Shown here one piece after another: positions 62,627 to 64,000 of a stretch of DNA of 64,000 nt. The DNA is from Gammaproteobacteria bacterium (GTDB taxonomy: Bacteria; Pseudomonadota; Gammaproteobacteria; Pseudomonadales; Pseudomonadaceae). Made by a program: the position numbers and the translations under genes. Each line of letters begins with the position of its first letter. The stretch's first letter is position 1. The notes beneath the pieces are model-generated. The model was not told the DNA's origin. It ran no database searches and was given only the letters and a program-made list of their open reading frames with translations. The stretch spans positions 77,562-141,561 of the forward strand of contig JAAYFD010000047.1 of NCBI GenBank assembly GCA_012728415.1, read 5' to 3'.

Positions 62627-64000
62627 ATGAAACAGGCTTTGGAAACCCCAACATCAACCAGGCGTGGCATGGCCATTGCGCTGCAGCCAGCATCGGCAGA
62701 CATCTGGGACGCCAAATACCGCTTGAAAAGCAAGGATGGGCACCCGGTAGATGAAACCATTGGCGCGACCTACGAGCGGGTTGCCCGTGCGCTGGCTGAT
62801 ATCGAGCTGCCAGAGCAGCGTGAGCACTGGTACGAACAGTTTTTGTGGGCCTTGCATCGCGGTGCCATTCCGGCGGGTCGTATTATTTCCAATGCGGGCG
62901 CCCTGGCCTGGAAGCCGGCTACCTCGACCATCAACTGCACCGTCTCCGATACCATTGGCGACTCCATGGATGACATTCTGGCCAAGCTGCATCAGGCGGG
63001 TCTGACCCTCAAGGCTGGTTGCGGAATCGGCTACGAATTTTCCACTCTGCGCCCACGTGGTGCCTATGTATCCGGTGCGGGTGCCTATACTTCTGGCCCG
63101 CTGTCGTTCATGGATATCTACGACAAAATGTGTTTCACCGTCTCATCGGCGGGCGGCCGCCGCGGTGCGCAAATGGCAACCTTCGATGTGGGCCACCCCG
63201 ATGTGCTGGACTTTATCCGCGCCAAGCGTGAGGACGGTCGCTTGCGCCAGTTCAACCTGTCACTGCTGATTACCAGCGAGTTTATGCAGGCGGTTGAGCA
63301 GGATGCCGACTGGACGCTGGCGTTTCCGGTTAGTCCGGCAGAGCAACAGGCCGATCAGCTGGACCTGAATGACAGCTCGCAGATTGTCTGGCGTTACTGG
63401 CCTACCCATAAAAATTACATTGTGCGCGAAGACGGCAAGGTGGCTTGCCGCGTGTACCGTGTGCTTAAAGCCAGGCGCATCTGGGACTCGATCATGGCCT
63501 CCACCTATGATTTTGCCGAGCCGGGCTTTATTCTTATCGACCACGTTAACGAGATGAACAACAACTGGTTCTGTGAGGATATCCGTGCCACCAACCCCTG
63601 TGGGGAACAGCCGCTGCCGCCTCATGGTGCCTGCCTGCTGGGTTCGGTCAACCTGACCCGTTTTGTGCGTGATCCTTTTACTGCCGAAGCACGCTTCGAC
63701 TGGGAAGAGTACCGCAAGGTGGTCAGCCTGTTTACCCGCATGCTGGACAACGTCGTAGAGATTAACGGCTTGCCGCTGCCCGAGCAGCGTGACGAAATTT
63801 ACCGCAAGCGCCGTCACGGCATGGGGTTCCTTGGGCTGGGTTCGACCATGACACTGCTTGGCATGAAGTATGGTTCAGCGCAGTCGCTGGCGTTTACCGA
63901 ACAGGTATCCCGCGAAATGGCACTGGAAGGCTGGCGTGCGGCGCTTGAACTGAGCCGCGAAAAGGGTGCGGCACCCATTATGGATGAAGACTTCACCGTA
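62627..64000 (+). CDS. nrdJ: Class II (adenosylcobalamin-dependent) ribonucleotide reductase, N-terminal 458 codons
   Basis: The frame is open from the ATG at 62627 to the window end, so it is not in the ORF track. ..TINCTVSDTIGDSMD..GCGIGYEFSTLRPRGA..GGRRGAQMATF..NPCGEQPLPPHGACLLGS.. Confidence 0.9.
   Translation, partial: MKQALETPTSTRRGMAIALQPASADIWDAKYRLKSKDGHPVDETIGATYERVARALADIELPEQREHWYEQFLWALHRGAIPAGRIISNAGALAWKPATSTINCTVSDTIGDSMDDILAKLHQAGLTLKAGCGIGYEFSTLRPRGAYVSGAGAYTSGPLSFMDIYDKMCFTVSSAGGRRGAQMATFDVGHPDVLDFIRAKREDGRLRQFNLSLLITSEFMQAVEQDADWTLAFPVSPAEQQADQLDLNDSSQIVWRYWPTHKNYIVREDGKVACRVYRVLKARRIWDSIMASTYDFAEPGFILIDHVNEMNNNWFCEDIRATNPCGEQPLPPHGACLLGSVNLTRFVRDPFTAEARFDWEEYRKVVSLFTRMLDNVVEINGLPLPEQRDEIYRKRRHGMGFLGLGSTMTLLGMKYGSAQSLAFTEQVSREMALEGWRAALELSREKGAAPIMDEDFTV

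Overview
The window holds two units. (1) Positions 1 to about 40894 are most of an integrated lambdoid prophage. From left to right it carries:
- the integrase N-terminus, running off the left edge, and an excisionase;
- a leftward early operon with Lar, a MazG-like protein, SSB, a YqaJ-type exonuclease and RecT;
- a cI/cro immunity switch with 17-bp TACAAC..GTTGTA operators;
- a Rha/KilAC antirepressor and an O-like replication gene with in-gene iterons;
- nin-like genes, a Q-like gene with a late promoter and terminator, and a lambda-S-type holin;
- HNH, TerS, TerL, portal, ClpP-type protease and an HK97-type capsid;
- a siphovirus tail and a long tail-fibre module;
- an endolysin with overlapped spanins.

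The prophage ends at a tRNA-Val(GAC) 3' fragment that I read as attR. (2) Positions about 40.9 to 64 kb are gammaproteobacterial core chromosome: thrS, ubiU-ubiV-ubiT, an HDOD protein, ygfZ, sdhE-ygfX, nadB, rpoE-rseABC-degP, lepA-lepB-rnc-era-recO-pdxJ and the start of nrdJ.

The observations most worth follow-up are:
- a divergent, lower-GC two-gene moron in the tail operon (membrane-anchored HIRAN protein plus zinc-ribbon/TM protein), a candidate undescribed defence or exclusion module;
- a decayed diversity-generating retroelement at the tail-fibre tip (DUF1566-type C-terminus, hairpin, reverse-transcriptase C-terminal fragment, no template repeat found);
- a roughly 520-bp ORF-poor, hairpin-rich segment ending in a strong terminator inside the early-left operon;
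- a sar/oop-like antisense RNA candidate facing the antirepressor gene.

All family assignments come from reading the translations by eye. No database search was run.
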